Positions 1-11,216 of a DNA stretch of 64,000 nucleotides are shown here, piece by piece. Numbering within the stretch: position 1 is the first letter of the stretch; each line of letters begins with the position of its first letter. The DNA is from Gemmatimonadota bacterium (GTDB lineage: Bacteria; Gemmatimonadota; Gemmatimonadetes; Gemmatimonadales; GWC2-71-9), in NCBI GenBank assembly GCA_039586365.1, contig JBDHKN010000042.1, positions 1 through 64,000 on the forward strand, read 5' to 3'. The translations under genes were made by a program, and so were the position numbers. Under the pieces are notes generated by a model, which searched no databases, had not been told where the DNA came from, and saw only the letters and a list, made by a program, of their open reading frames with translations.

Positions 1-100
1 GAGGAGAACGCTCACTAGCTGCGCTCCTACAAGTGGGAAAAGGTGGATCATTATGGTGGCATTTGGTGCACAAAGAGACTGTGGCGTACGTCACAATTTT

Positions 101-180
101 GGGGACGGTGGGGGCCGGTGAGGGACGGTCAAGGTCGGGAGAGGGTGGTAGATGGCGGTAACGGGCGGTAGTAGGCTGAA
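101..180. repeat. Degenerate 10-bp tandem repeat (about 8 units, RRGGNCGGTR-like)
   Basis: ggggacggtg ggggccggtg agggacggtc aaggtcggga gagggtggta gatggcggta acgggcggta read directly in 10-nt register. Confidence 0.75.
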
Positions 181-212
181 GAAAATCGCAATGGCTCGGG
201 AGGGTACAGCGC

Positions 213-250
213 GGCTCCCGGCTCCCGGCTCCCGGCTCCCCGCTCTCGGC
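213..250. repeat. 7-bp tandem array (GGCTCCC)4 plus CGCTCTC
   Basis: Read directly; lies just downstream of the ADOP permease native stop codon. Confidence 0.9.
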
Positions 251-265
251 CGACCGATCCCCGCC

Positions 266-2988
266 CTACTCTGCCCGCAACGCCTCCACCGGATCTACGC
301 GCGAGGCCCGCAGTGCCGGGATGCAGCTTGCGTCCCTGTGCCGAACGTGAGCGGGTCGGTCGCACTCACACCATGGATCATGCCCACCATGAGGCGTGTG
401 AGGGCTACGGCACCGGCCGTACCTATGGCAAGGCCAATGACGGCCAGGCCGACACCCTGTTTCATTACCTGCCCCACGACACCCCTAACCTGAGCGCCCA
501 GTGCCATCCGAATGCCGATCTCGTTGGCTCGTTGAGCCACCGCGAAACTGAGAACCCCGTACAATCCAATTGCAGCCAGCACGAGAGCCGCTCCGGCGAA
601 TACGGCGAGCAGGAGCATATTGAACCGCCGCGATCCCAAGGAGTCAAACAGCACCTGTTCCATGGTCGCGACACCCGAAAGGGGCTGCTCGGCATCGACT
701 TCCAGTACGGCCCGGCGCACGGCGGAAGTGAGCGCGCTCAGGTCCATTTCGCTGCGCACGACGAGCGTCATATATGGCAGGGCAGTCTGCAGGTAGGGTT
801 GGTAGATCTCGCCCCTCGGAGGCTGGTCCAGGCCGAAGTGCCGGGTGTTGCCGATCACTCCCACAATGGTGAGCCACTCAGTATCTGCAGCATCTGGATC
901 GCCAAAGGCGACCCGCTTTCCAATCGGATCTTCATTCTGCCAGTATGTCTTAGCCAGTGCTTGGTTGATTACCGCCACTCCGGGTGCCTCGGCGTCGTCA
1001 CCTTCCGTGAACCAGCGTCCGCTCACCAGCGGTATGCCAATGGTCCTGAGATAATCCGGGCTGGCTATCTGGAATCCGGCGGTGGGAAATTGCCCATCGG
1101 TCTCGGGTGCCCGGTCCTCGATCACGAATCCGAATGTCCCGTTGATGCCGGCGTTGACCGGAAGGCTCAGCACGGCACCCACCGATTGCACGCCAGGAAT
1201 CGCCCTTACCCGCTGCAAAGTCTCCCGGTAGAAAGCGGTTACCTGGTCGTCTTCCTGATACTTGTTCGCCGGAATCCACACCCTGGCAGACAACGTGTTC
1301 TCGACACTGAAACCAGGATCGACCTGGTTGAGCGTGAACAGTGTGCGCACCATGAGTCCCGCCCCGACCAGCAGCATCAGCGAGACGGCCACTTCGCCAA
1401 CGATCAGTGCGCCGTGGATCCTGCCACGACCGCGCCCTGCTGTCTGCCTGACCCCTCCCGTTGCCGCAGATCCTCCCGTGCCCTTGCGGAATGACTGGAG
1501 TGCGGGAGCCAACCCGAACAAGAGCCCGGTTCCCAACGCGGCTGCCAGAGTGAACCCCAACACACGGAGATCGGTGCTCACCTCGGCTAATCGCGGAATC
1601 CCATCGGGCGCCAGCGCCAGCAATGCCCGAGTACCCCAGACTGCTAGGACGAAACCGGCCAAGCCACCGGCCAGGGCGAGAACCACGCTTTCTGTCACTA
1701 GCTGACGTAGAATGCGGCTCCGTCCCGCCCCGAGTGCCGCCCGAACCACTATCTCCCGGTCCCGACCGGCTGCCCGCACCAGGAGGAGATTGGCCACGTT
1801 GGCACATGCGATGAGCAGTAGGAAACCCACCGCACCCAGCAACACGTACAACGAGGCGCGGACATCACCCACCAGCGACTCGCGCAACGGCACCAGCAGA
1901 GTTGCCTCGTCAACTTCGGGGTAATCCGCGGCCAGGCGCTCCGAGATCATGTCCATCTCGAGCTGTGCCTGTTCCAGCGTTACGCCGGTGCGCAGCCGGC
2001 CGAGCGCGCTGAACCAGCTCAGGTTCCGCACCGAAGCCGGGTCGTCACCGATGTCTACCGGTGACTCCGGCACAGCAAAACGCGATGCAGCCCAAAACTG
2101 GGAACGTTCAGGGAAGGCGAAGCCGGGTGGCATGATACCCACGACAGCGTACTGCTGTTCGTTCAACTTGAGATATTGGCCGAGCAGTGCAGCATCACCA
2201 CCGAATTGCGATTGCCACATGCCGTAACTCAGCACGACCGCCAGTTGCGAGCCGGGCATATCCACATCGGGTGACAGTGCGCGACCGACTAACGCTTGGA
2301 CTCCCAGCACCGTGAAGAAGTTGGCGGTGACATTGGAACCGCGGATGAGCTGCGGAGTGCCGCTGCCCACGACGGTGTATTCCATGCCCCTATGCCCGGC
2401 CAAACCTGCGAACGACCGATTCTGGTCACTCAGGTCGAGGAAGTTCGCCCCACTGTGGTTGTCACGCTGGCCGTCCGCTTCGGTGCGGTACACTGCAACC
2501 AGGCGATCGGCCCCTGGATACGGCAGTGGCCGCAACAGGATCCCGTTAACCACACTGAAGATCGAGGTGCTCGCTCCTATGCCCAACGCCAGAGTCAGCA
2601 GCGCCACGAGGGTGAAACCCGGGGCTCGGAGAAATCCGCGCACCGCGTACCGGACATCCTGCACAAACGAACTCACTAGTGTTCCTCTCAATACTCGACG
2701 CGGTAGAGTTGTCACACCGGCGCCGGCCGATCCCGACCCGCGGCGGCTCCACCTTCCTGCCGCCCGGTCCACCGCAAGCCGCGCCACGAAGCCTCCCACC
2801 TGTTTCCAGTACCAAACTCGCGACCACACACGGCCGTGCTTGGCAAGGCGTAGCGCATATAGCTCTGCCAGGTCGCGCGTAAGCGGTGCCCGGTCGGCTG
2901 GCGGAAGCGCGGCCGCGAGGAGCCGCTCCGCCAATTCAGGCGGCCCTGTGGTGGGTGATTCACCAGATACCCCGCGATAGACCGTCAT
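266..2988 (-). pseudogene. ADOP-family (duplicated MacB/FtsX) ABC permease with a frameshifting deletion near the 3' end
   Basis: Typical motifs [30 protein letters not shown] and [13 protein letters not shown] at 2988 overlaps the padR stop. The main frame drifts after DPLTFGTG and stops at 295, while another frame carries the canonical end [21 protein letters not shown] (stop 266-268). Confidence 0.85.
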
Positions 2989-3314
2989 CCCTGCTCCAGT
3001 ACCGGCCCAATCCCTTCCCACAACCGCTCCAGTACTCGTCGCGAAGCCCTGAGCCGCTCCATCGCTTCGGGTTCCAGCTTGAAGTAGCGCCGCGGCCGTC
3101 CTCCCTCGTCGGGTGTGGCCGTGTCCAGTCGCGACGAAACCAACGCTTTGTGCTCGAGCCGCCGCAGGGCGATATAGACCGCCGCCGGCGCCACCCGCCG
3201 CTCCGTGCGCTCCTCCAGCTCCAGGACTATCGGGACCGAGTATGACTCTGACCCGAGACGCAGAATGGCGATCAGGACCTGATGCTCGAATTCACCCAGA
3301 GTTGCTTTGCTCAT
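2985..3314 (-). CDS. PadR family transcriptional regulator (ADOP-associated type)
   Basis: 109 aa with [20 protein letters not shown] and [10 protein letters not shown] motifs; translationally coupled to the permease. Confidence 0.93.
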   Translation of the reverse strand: MSKATLGEFEHQVLIAILRLGSESYSVPIVLELEERTERRVAPAAVYIALRRLEHKALVSSRLDTATPDEGGRPRRYFKLEPEAMERLRASRRVLERLWEGIGPVLEQG

Positions 3315-3339
3315 GACTTGCCCCGTGCCATGGATAGCG

Positions 3340-3377
3340 TTGCTAGTCAGTATAACACATGCCTAGATAGCTAGCAA
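3340..3377. promoter_or_regulatory. Candidate PadR operator/promoter
   Basis: Inverted repeat TTGCTAG...CTAGCAA and CCTAGATAGCTAG in an AT-rich patch just upstream of padR; function is inferred. Confidence 0.4.
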
Positions 3378-3385
3378 TGTTAGTA

Positions 3386-3597
3386 AATGGCGGCAAAAGG
3401 GCAGTAGAGGTCGGCAAAGGGCGGTACAAGGGCAGTAAAGGGCGGTAAGGGATGGAAGGGGAGCTTTGCGACCACAGGCAAATCGTCTTTGCGACTAGAG
3501 ACTCACGTTCTCCGTCCGACTCGCAAAATGCGTGGCGTTGCAGCAGGACGGTGAAAATGGTGAGGGACGGTGAAGGACGGTGAGGGACGATGGAGGT
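3386..3597. repeat. Two blocks of the degenerate 10-bp repeat (3386-3460 and 3545-3597) around a unique spacer
   Basis: Units such as gggcagtaga, gggcggtaca, gggcagtaaa, gggcggtaag, ggacggtgaa and ggacggtgag. Confidence 0.75.
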
Positions 3598-3639
3598 GCG
3601 CCCGCTAGTTACTCATTGATCTATACCGGCCGCCGCCGG

Positions 3640-4110
3640 CTACCCCACACCATCGGCCGTCACCGCTCCAGCAGCCCGCTGAGCTGCACGGGCCACCATT
3701 TGAACCATTGCCTGAAGCCCCATGCTCTTCCCCATGGAGAGCTCCTGGCCGAACAGGTCATAGACTATGTCGCTCGATAAAGCGGCGACCTGGGCAAGCG
3801 GAGTGCCGGACATGGTGTCTGCGAGGATCACTGCTAGAGCCTTGGCGGAAATGCCATGTGGATTCTCTACTGCAAAGTGGAACTCAAGAGTACCGTCGTC
3901 CCGGTCTTCGGTATACACGTATACCCCGGACTCACACCCCGGTACCTCGTGGTCCTTTGTGTAAGGTCGCGTCGCTATCCGTTGCGGCACTTCCCGGTAA
4001 CGCCTGGAAATATCAATCAAAGTCTGGATGCGCTCGGCGCGCGTTGCGGCCGCTGTGATCCGTCGCAGCAGCTTGCTCAGTTTGGCAGGGTATCTGTCCG
4101 CTTCAGGCAT
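3640..4110 (-). CDS. sufE: SufE family sulfur-acceptor protein
   Basis: VPGCESGVYV catalytic Cys motif; LSMGKSMGL near the C-terminus; adjacent to a sulfurtransferase. Confidence 0.88.
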   Translation of the reverse strand: MPEADRYPAKLSKLLRRITAAATRAERIQTLIDISRRYREVPQRIATRPYTKDHEVPGCESGVYVYTEDRDDGTLEFHFAVENPHGISAKALAVILADTMSGTPLAQVAALSSDIVYDLFGQELSMGKSMGLQAMVQMVARAAQRAAGAVTADGVG

Positions 4111-4178
4111 GACAGTTCTCGAAGGTCACTGGTGAACTGATCGCAGTTGGGTAATAACTGTCAGCTGCTGGCCGTCGG

Positions 4179-5042
4179 CTACTTCTCAATCGGCGCCCCT
4201 ACCAGATTGCCCCACTCAGTCCAACTCCCGTCGTAGTTCCTGACCTTGGAGAAACCCAACAGATAGGTCAGCATGAACCAAGTGTGACTGCTGCGCTCAC
4301 CGATACGGCAGTAGGTGATCACCTCTTCATCGGCCTTGAGACCTTGCTCCTGGAGGTAGATCTGTCTGAGTTCGTCCGCCGGTTTGAAAGTACCGTCCTC
4401 TGGATTGATTGCCCGTGCCCACGGCACGCTGACTGCACCCGGGATGTGCCCGCCCCGCAACGCACCCTCGTTGGGGTAATCCGGCATATGGAGCCGTTTA
4501 CCCGAGAATTCCTCCGGACTACGCACGTCGACCAGCTTGCCATCTGCCATCATGTGATCGATGACCCGATCGCGGAACGCGCGAACCCTAGAGTCATTCC
4601 GCTTGGGCGCCAGGTACCCGGTCGGCTCGAAGCTGGGAAGCTCGTCTGTCATCGGACGGCCCTCCAGTTCCCACTTGAGCCTGCCACCGTCCATGATCTT
4701 GGCGTTGGAATGGCCGAATAGCTGGAAGATCCAAAATGCGTAAGTGGCCCACCAGTTGTTCTTGTCGCCGTAGAAGACGACCGTCGTCTCAGGCGTCACC
4801 CCTATACGGCCCATTAGAGCTTCGAATCCCTCCTTTTCCAGGTAATCACGCACAATGGGCTGGTTGAGGTCTCTGGTCCAGTCGACTTCCGCTGCGCCTG
4901 GAATGTGACTGGACGGATACAGCAGCGGGTCCTCGTTGGACTCCACGATGCGGACGCCGGGGTTGGCTAGGTTGTCCGCCATCCAACTGGTCGATACGAG
5001 GACACTCGGATCTGTGTACCCGCGGGCAGCAATATCCGTCAT
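4179..5042 (-). CDS. Tandem-rhodanese thiosulfate/3-mercaptopyruvate sulfurtransferase
   Basis: HIPGA twice, active-site YCRIGERS, C-terminal YDGSWTEW signature. Confidence 0.95.
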   Translation of the reverse strand: MTDIAARGYTDPSVLVSTSWMADNLANPGVRIVESNEDPLLYPSSHIPGAAEVDWTRDLNQPIVRDYLEKEGFEALMGRIGVTPETTVVFYGDKNNWWATYAFWIFQLFGHSNAKIMDGGRLKWELEGRPMTDELPSFEPTGYLAPKRNDSRVRAFRDRVIDHMMADGKLVDVRSPEEFSGKRLHMPDYPNEGALRGGHIPGAVSVPWARAINPEDGTFKPADELRQIYLQEQGLKADEEVITYCRIGERSSHTWFMLTYLLGFSKVRNYDGSWTEWGNLVGAPIEK

Positions 5043-5164
5043 TCAGTCTCCCATGGAATTGTTTTGCGAGGCGGTTCAGCGCTGCTGGATGAACACCGTT
5101 GGTAGGTGGATGGTTCCGATGAGTCGCTATCAGCCACCAGCCGGGAGCTGTCAGCTGACTAGAG

Positions 5165-6553
5165 TCAATTCAAGTGCGCATTGACAATGGGCATCCACTG
5201 CCACACTCCCTCGTTGTTGCCCGCGTAGTTCAACAGCCCAATTTGCACGCCGTGCAACTCGCGGGCTCGATTGTACAGTCCGATGGTGAGCCCGCGTTGG
5301 ACTCCTTGAATGTTATTGTACCCGGCAATGGCAAATCCCGTCAGCGAGCGGCGTGCCTTAGTCCGGATACCGGCGATGATCAGCCCTTCCAGGCGCCTGC
5401 TCTCCACCTTGTAGCCGCCCACCGCCAATCCCCTCATCATGCCCTCCGCATGCACCGCCCCCGCACTCAACGCGATGCCGCTGATTCTCCGCGAGGCTAC
5501 CACCGCCAACCCCCCGATACCTATACCAGTCATATCGCCGTTGACAACTGAAGCAAGGCCTCCCACCAGCAAGCCAGTGGCCCTGCCGTTAACCACTGTG
5601 GCGAGTCCACCCACGTGGAGTCCCACCGCATCTCGATTATGCACAGTGGCCAACCCACCCACCGAGGCACCGGTGGTAGCTCCGTTGACCACGGAGGCCA
5701 GTCCCCCGACGGACAGACCTTCAAAGTCCTCACCTATCACGGACGCAAGACCACCAACACCAATTCCATGGAGCGATCCGTCGGCTACGGTGGCCAGGCC
5801 GCCCAGGCCCACTCCTGCCATGTCACCCTCAGTGACCAACGCCAGGCCACCGACACCCATCCCCCGCATGTTGCCATTCGATACTGCGGCAAGACCACCG
5901 ACACTAATGCCATGCACGTGGCCGTTGGTGACCGTAGCCAACCCTCCTACGGCGAGGCCATGGAATGACCCGTTGGACACAGTAGCCAGGCCGCCCACGC
6001 CGATCCCGTCCATGTCACCGTTGGTCACCGTTGCGAGACCGCCAACTGCTATCCCTGCCAGATCGTTGTTGACGACAGTGGCCAGGCCCCCGATAGCTAT
6101 ACCGGCCAGATCGCCCTCAGCCGCGACGGTGGCCAGGCCGCCAACGGCTACTCCATTGAGGGAATGCGTCACGACGGACGCGAGAGCGCCCACGCTGAGC
6201 CCATTGAGGCACTTTGCCTCAACTCCCAGGCCCAGCGCGATGCCATTGATCTGCCCCGCCTGCGGCCCAACCAGCCCCACCGCAAGGCCATTGACGACGG
6301 CGTCGTAGTTGTCCCGCGCCTTCCAGAAGGTCAGGTTGATCCCATTCACCCACTGCAGATCATCGTCCCGGAAGTTGATCCTGAGGCCGTTGATGCCGCG
6401 CGAGTTACCGACGCTGATCCCATAATCGTGTACCGCGATATTGAGCGCGCGGTGGGTGGGGTGGCCACGACGTCCCTCATCCTGCGCCAGTGTACTGTGC
6501 GGAATTGCCAGCGCCGCCAGGATCACGGCGCACGACAGACTGGTATTGGACAC
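5165..6553 (-). CDS. Secreted Gly-rich 16-aa repeat protein (LA_2272-like surface repeat)
   Basis: Signal-peptide-like N-terminus; about 16 repeats of GxxVGGLAxVxxGxxx; C-terminal GVQIGLLNYA...PIVN. Confidence 0.8.
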   Translation of the reverse strand: MSNTSLSCAVILAALAIPHSTLAQDEGRRGHPTHRALNIAVHDYGISVGNSRGINGLRINFRDDDLQWVNGINLTFWKARDNYDAVVNGLAVGLVGPQAGQINGIALGLGVEAKCLNGLSVGALASVVTHSLNGVAVGGLATVAAEGDLAGIAIGGLATVVNNDLAGIAVGGLATVTNGDMDGIGVGGLATVSNGSFHGLAVGGLATVTNGHVHGISVGGLAAVSNGNMRGMGVGGLALVTEGDMAGVGLGGLATVADGSLHGIGVGGLASVIGEDFEGLSVGGLASVVNGATTGASVGGLATVHNRDAVGLHVGGLATVVNGRATGLLVGGLASVVNGDMTGIGIGGLAVVASRRISGIALSAGAVHAEGMMRGLAVGGYKVESRRLEGLIIAGIRTKARRSLTGFAIAGYNNIQGVQRGLTIGLYNRARELHGVQIGLLNYAGNNEGVWQWMPIVNAHLN

Positions 6554-6785
6554 GGTTTGCCTCGGCAGGGTAGCTCCTTGCTTAAATACGGTTCCCTCGC
6601 GGTCTCAGTTTCTGATTGGAACCTGTCACCGCCGAACTGAGGCCCGCCGTGGAGGGGAGTTACCTAGCGCCCGGCACGTCTTCGGCTTACATTCGGCCAT
6701 GCAACCTGTCTACTACTCCGGCCTTGCAGTGCTCGCACTCGCGTTGGCTTCAGCCAGCGCCACACCACGGACATCGGACGAGACA

Positions 6786-7169
6786 ATGAAGAAACTCACG
6801 CCCGTGATATTTGTCGAAGCAGTGGAACCTTGCATCGCATTCTGGATCGATCGACTCGGGTTTGAGAAAACGGCCGAGGTCCCGGAGGGAGACCGCCTCG
6901 GGTTTGCCGCCGTCAGCGCCGGCAACGTCGAGGTCATGTACCAGAGCCGCGCGAGCGTCGCGAAGGATATTCCGACTCTCGCTGAAGGCCCCTTCCACAA
7001 GTCTGGCGGGCTCTTCATTGAAGTATCGGACCTGGATGCGATCAAGGTGAAACTGGAAGGCGCCGAGCTCATCTTTCCCGAGCGGACTACTTTCTATGGC
7101 GCACGCGAGATTGCGGTGCGCGCACCGTGTGGAACTGCGGTGATATTCGCCGAAATGACCCAGGGCTGA
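6786..7169 (+). CDS. VOC/glyoxalase/bleomycin-resistance family protein
   Basis: MKKLTPVIFV..FWIDRLGF and TTFYGAREI motifs; the start could also be the ATG at 6699. Confidence 0.85.
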   Translation: MKKLTPVIFVEAVEPCIAFWIDRLGFEKTAEVPEGDRLGFAAVSAGNVEVMYQSRASVAKDIPTLAEGPFHKSGGLFIEVSDLDAIKVKLEGAELIFPERTTFYGAREIAVRAPCGTAVIFAEMTQG

Positions 7170-7209
7170 TCGCCGCGGTGCGACTGAAACCAACAGGGGG
7201 GATGCCACG

Positions 7210-7629
7210 GTGTTGCGTGGGATAATCGAAATCGGCGGTCATGAATGGGAGGTGCGGGAGGAGAAACGGGCCGGGCCGCAGAGTCAGCTCTTTTCGCTCA
7301 CGGCAGTTGACACGCCGCGTTCCAGGATGCACGTGCGGTCGTTTCCCGGGCAGCCAGCCGGGAGTCTGGAAGAAGTTGAGCTACTGGCAGTGGATCCACA
7401 GATCAGATGGTTCGCGGATCCCGATGGAGTTGGCTGGGAGGCTCGTATCGTGGTCCGCGCCGAACCGAATGGCCTGGATACACGGCTGGTGAAGTTCATT
7501 TCGGAGCAGCACGAGGTTCGCGAGGGAGCCTACAAGTTTGTCGATGGGCTGGGCGGGCGCACCGACGAGGAGCTGGGAAGACTACTGGCAGCGGCAGCTG
7601 ACACGCCCAAGCGCAGTCGGCAATCCTAG
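7210..7629 (+). CDS. Hypothetical protein
   Basis: 139-aa ORF with protein-like composition, co-oriented 40 nt after the VOC gene. Confidence 0.6.
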   Translation: MLRGIIEIGGHEWEVREEKRAGPQSQLFSLTAVDTPRSRMHVRSFPGQPAGSLEEVELLAVDPQIRWFADPDGVGWEARIVVRAEPNGLDTRLVKFISEQHEVREGAYKFVDGLGGRTDEELGRLLAAAADTPKRSRQS

Positions 7630-7783
7630 CCGTCTGTTCGCAGCCTCTTACAGTCTCTTCGCGCCCTCTCCAGTCTCTTGCCGCAGTCAACCTCACCCAG
7701 CGACAACCATCGCAGTCAGGTCCGCATCGCTAACACCACGATCCCAGGTGAGCAGGCGTATAGACGGGTAACCGGGTCTCTTG

Positions 7784-8461
7784 TTAGGATGCGTCGGCGG
7801 AGTCCGGCTGCACACCGCCTAGCCCCTGATGTGGATTCGTGGGTTGCGCCACCCTGCCGTGAGCATCCTCAAGCATCTGCAGATAGACATCCATCGGAGG
7901 AAGCCCGAGTCTGGCCCGCCGCGCATCGACTGAGTCGGCATTGTCAAAGGGCTCCTGCACCAGCTGCCCGTGGAATTGCTTGAACTGGGTGCCGTATAGC
8001 TGTGGCTTACCCCTGCCCACCAGCACTCGGTCCGTCATTTCTGCAACATCCACCTCCGCAACTCCGGAGTTCCCTGACTGTGCAATCAGCTCGAGCGCGC
8101 GTTCCTGCAAGTCTATATCACCATGTCTGACCAGTACCCAGGCCGACTCCGCACCGTCGCTGCGAACCATGTCCACACCGGGCCACCCGAACTCCTCCAA
8201 GATCTCTCCCATCCTCGCAGCAAACTTCACTTCTCGTGCTAACAATTCATCCAGAAGTTTGGTCATCAACTCAGTATCCTGCATGTTGTCTGCCGTTATC
8301 TGCGATCGCAGCTCATCGTCCAGTTCCGCCATCCCGAGCAACTCCGTCCGCAGCTTCGAGTTGAGCCCACCTTCACCTCCACCACCGGAGCTGCACGAGG
8401 GCACCACGGCGACCAGCAAGGCAGTGAGTGACACGACGAGGATCTTACTGACTTCAGACAT
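7784..8461 (-). CDS. DUF6624-like putative lipoprotein
   Basis: Hydrophobic leader ending VVPSC; motifs FGWPG, AWVLVRHGD, TDRVLV..GKPQLYGTQF and VDARRARLGLPP; start chosen at MSEVSK. Confidence 0.78.
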   Translation of the reverse strand: MSEVSKILVVSLTALLVAVVPSCSSGGGGEGGLNSKLRTELLGMAELDDELRSQITADNMQDTELMTKLLDELLAREVKFAARMGEILEEFGWPGVDMVRSDGAESAWVLVRHGDIDLQERALELIAQSGNSGVAEVDVAEMTDRVLVGRGKPQLYGTQFKQFHGQLVQEPFDNADSVDARRARLGLPPMDVYLQMLEDAHGRVAQPTNPHQGLGGVQPDSADAS

Positions 8462-8956
8462 CTGCACGAATCTCCCGAGTTTTCGATCTAACATGGCGGC
8501 CCAGGGTGGGCCCCTGAAAAACAGAACACGCAAGATAAGGGACTCACCACAGGTGGCAACAGGAGGGGCGGTCAACCAGGTGATACGGCAATCGCGGCGC
8601 GGTTGGAGCGGGCCGTCTAGCCACCCTTTGCACTCTGGTGGAGCTGAGCAGGACGGCAAACTCCTCACTGCACAGATCAGTGAAGAGTCGGCTGTCACGC
8701 CATGTGATAGTCCCGCTCCACTCGGGCTCAAATGACTTCACCCACCATATCGGAGGACTGACCTCTGGCAATTGCGGGAGCAACCGGGCCGGCCCGCGGC
8801 GAGCCCTCAGGCCACGCTTGGAGCCGACGGTGTGTTACCCCGACCATGCTATGGGGCTATCGTGAGAATTCTTGAGGGCAAGAAGCGATGGCTGCAGCCG
8901 TGAACAGAGACCCCGGTCCTTAGACCGTCGGCGGCGCGGTTCCATATCTTTATCGT

Positions 8957-10015
8957 GTGTATTCGACCTGTCTGTTCTGCCACAAGTACCTGGGTGCCAA
9001 CCAGGTACTGGAGACCTTCCCTGTCGGACGGCGGCTCGCGTTTGATCTAGCCAAAGGAAGGCTATGGGTCGTTTGTCGCCACTGCGAGAAGTGGAACCTG
9101 TCGCCGTTCGATCAGCGGTGGGAAGCGCTGGAAGATTGCGAACAGCGCTTCCGCGATGCAAGGAAGCGAGTCTCCACCGATCAGATTGGGCTGGCGCGGT
9201 TGGACGAGGGATTGGAACTGGTGCGAATCGGCGAACCGCTCCGGCCGGAGTTCGCGGCCTGGCGCTACGGCGATCAGTTCGGCCGCCGCCGCCGCCGCAC
9301 CATTGTGAGAGGTGCGGGAGTAACCGCTCTGGGAGCAGCAGTAGTGCTCGGTGGAATCGGGACCGGCGTCCTCGCTGGCGGCAGCTGGTGGATTTACCAA
9401 CTGATCGCCCGTTCCTACCAGGGAATCGCCAACCGACGCCTCATTGCAAAGATACCCACGGAAGAAGGCGGCAGTCTCATCGTTCGAGCAGGAGATCTGC
9501 AGTGGGTACGTCTGCTCCCGGGTGACGCCGATGAGTTGCGCATGGAATTCTGGCATTCCACTGGTGAGACCGTGATGACTGGTGACTACGCACTAAACGC
9601 TGCGGCCCTTATCATGCCCCGTGTCAATCGCAGCGGTGCGTCACGCGGCCAAGTGCAGCAAGCGGTGAAGCGCATCGAGCAGTGTGAGGACCCCGTGCGC
9701 TATCTGCACGTAGCAGCGCGCGAAGCCGACGAGAGAATCAGCGACCTGGCCCAATGGAGCCCCAGGAGCGCCCGAATGCGGGCCGGATCGTTGCCACGGC
9801 TTCCCGCCGAGACACGGGTCGCCATAGAGATGGCAATAAACGAAGAGAACGAGCGTTGCGCTCTGGCGGGTGAGCTCGCACTGCTCGAGATGGCCTGGCG
9901 CGAGGCGGAGGAGATCGCAGCTATCGCGGACAGTCTGGCTCTGCCGCTGGAGGTCGAAGCGAAGTACGAGGAGCTGAAGGGCGAGGCGACGGTGAAAGGC
10001 GGCGAGAGAGTTTGA
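8957..10015 (+). CDS. Hypothetical membrane protein with N-terminal zinc-ribbon-like CxxC pairs
   Basis: CLFC and CRHC pairs, a poly-Arg run followed by a hydrophobic segment, and an acidic helical C-terminus. Confidence 0.8.
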   Translation: MYSTCLFCHKYLGANQVLETFPVGRRLAFDLAKGRLWVVCRHCEKWNLSPFDQRWEALEDCEQRFRDARKRVSTDQIGLARLDEGLELVRIGEPLRPEFAAWRYGDQFGRRRRRTIVRGAGVTALGAAVVLGGIGTGVLAGGSWWIYQLIARSYQGIANRRLIAKIPTEEGGSLIVRAGDLQWVRLLPGDADELRMEFWHSTGETVMTGDYALNAAALIMPRVNRSGASRGQVQQAVKRIEQCEDPVRYLHVAAREADERISDLAQWSPRSARMRAGSLPRLPAETRVAIEMAINEENERCALAGELALLEMAWREAEEIAAIADSLALPLEVEAKYEELKGEATVKGGERV

Positions 10016-10220
10016 AAGAAGGTGAAGGTGGGTGCCGCGGGGCTGCCTGTCGTCAGAGCCTGGCCACCGACATGCCCACCGACCGACCCCTCATCCAGCC
10101 TTCGATCGACCGTCCTGTGACTGGCCCCCTGCTGGTAACTGTGGCCGGCACCGGCTCTCCTGCGAGCCTACTGTTCCGCTTCGTCTAGTTCCCTGGACGA
10201 CCCAAGCGGCCCCGATCTTG

Positions 10221-10853
10221 TCATCGGTTGCCTTCAACCCCTGCGCTCCCCGACAGTTCGCTTGGCGTGACCGTGTCTGGCACGAGCGAATCAATCGGTA
10301 TAGGTATCGGCGATCGCACCCGCTCCCGGCCAAAGCCGCGCCCGATTGCGCGCCCGATCACGGCGGAAGCCAACACCAACAGCACGAGGAAGGCCGATTG
10401 TACCAACCGACGCCTTATGCTGGAGTGCAGCCGGCGCTTCAACGCCACGTTCTCGCGCCTGAGCATACCCTTCTCAACAGCCTTTTCGATTGCCGCTGTC
10501 AAATGCTCCATGTCGACGGGCTTGAGCAAGAAGTTCTCGGCCCCAAGATGCATGGCCCGGACCGCGACTTCCACATCGGCATGGCCCGTCAGCATAATAA
10601 CCATGGCCTGACGCTCCCTCAGCCGGCTGAGCACCTCGAGCCCCGACATGCCTGGCATGGCTAAGTCAAGCACCGTGACGTCCGGCCGTACCCGCTGGTG
10701 TATCTCCAAGCCCAGCTCGCCCGAGGAGGCCCGATGAACCTCGTAGCCGCGCCGCTCCAAGTAATTGCTCAGCGATTTCAGAACCGTCGGCTCGTCGTCT
10801 ACGATCAAGACCTTATTCCCGGACAGCTGTGTTCCTCCTGTACCATGCGCCAT
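10221..10853 (-). CDS. Response regulator receiver domain with a C-terminal transmembrane segment
   Basis: VLIVDDE, VLDLAMPGMSG, MLTGH and FLLKP motifs, then RRRLVQSAFLVLLVLASAVIG. Confidence 0.88.
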   Translation of the reverse strand: MAHGTGGTQLSGNKVLIVDDEPTVLKSLSNYLERRGYEVHRASSGELGLEIHQRVRPDVTVLDLAMPGMSGLEVLSRLRERQAMVIMLTGHADVEVAVRAMHLGAENFLLKPVDMEHLTAAIEKAVEKGMLRRENVALKRRLHSSIRRRLVQSAFLVLLVLASAVIGRAIGRGFGRERVRSPIPIPIDSLVPDTVTPSELSGSAGVEGNR

Positions 10854-11216
10854 CCTGCTCCTCCAGCTTCAGTACGAGCTTCACGACAGCACGCGCCTGA
10901 TCGCACGTTATGGGTTTAGGGATGCACTGCACAATGCCGGTCTGGCACTCTGGACCGTCAATTCGTTGCTCGATCTCAGACGTCACGACTAAGCTGATCT
11001 GCGGATGATCCTGCGGCAAATTCGCATCAGTCTCAGTCCGTCCATCCGTGGTAGGTCGCGGTCAGCGAACTCCGTGTTGAACGCAATTACACGGTCCATG
11101 GCCAGCGTTTCTTCTGCGCTCGCTACACCAATGACATCGTGCCCCTCAGATTCGATGAACCTCGCTAAGGCTCTGCGCACTTCACTGTCGTCGTCAACAA
11201 CCAGTATCGCGGCCAC
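10813..11216 (-). pseudogene. Single-domain response regulator split by a frameshift near 11019
   Basis: N-half ILVVDDDSEVRRAL..DLPRMDGL in the ORF at 10989-11216; C-half HPQISLVVTS..IPKPIT in the ORF at 10813-11019. Confidence 0.7.

Noticed and set aside
4129..5165. Weak 7-bp periodic stretches flanking the sulfurtransferase (4129-4178 and 5127-5165)
   Set aside because: Too degenerate to call by eye; needs a periodicity test
8658..8690. Hairpin ACTCCTCACTG..CAGTGAAGAGT as a riboswitch or sRNA
   Set aside because: A single imperfect stem with no recognisable aptamer motif
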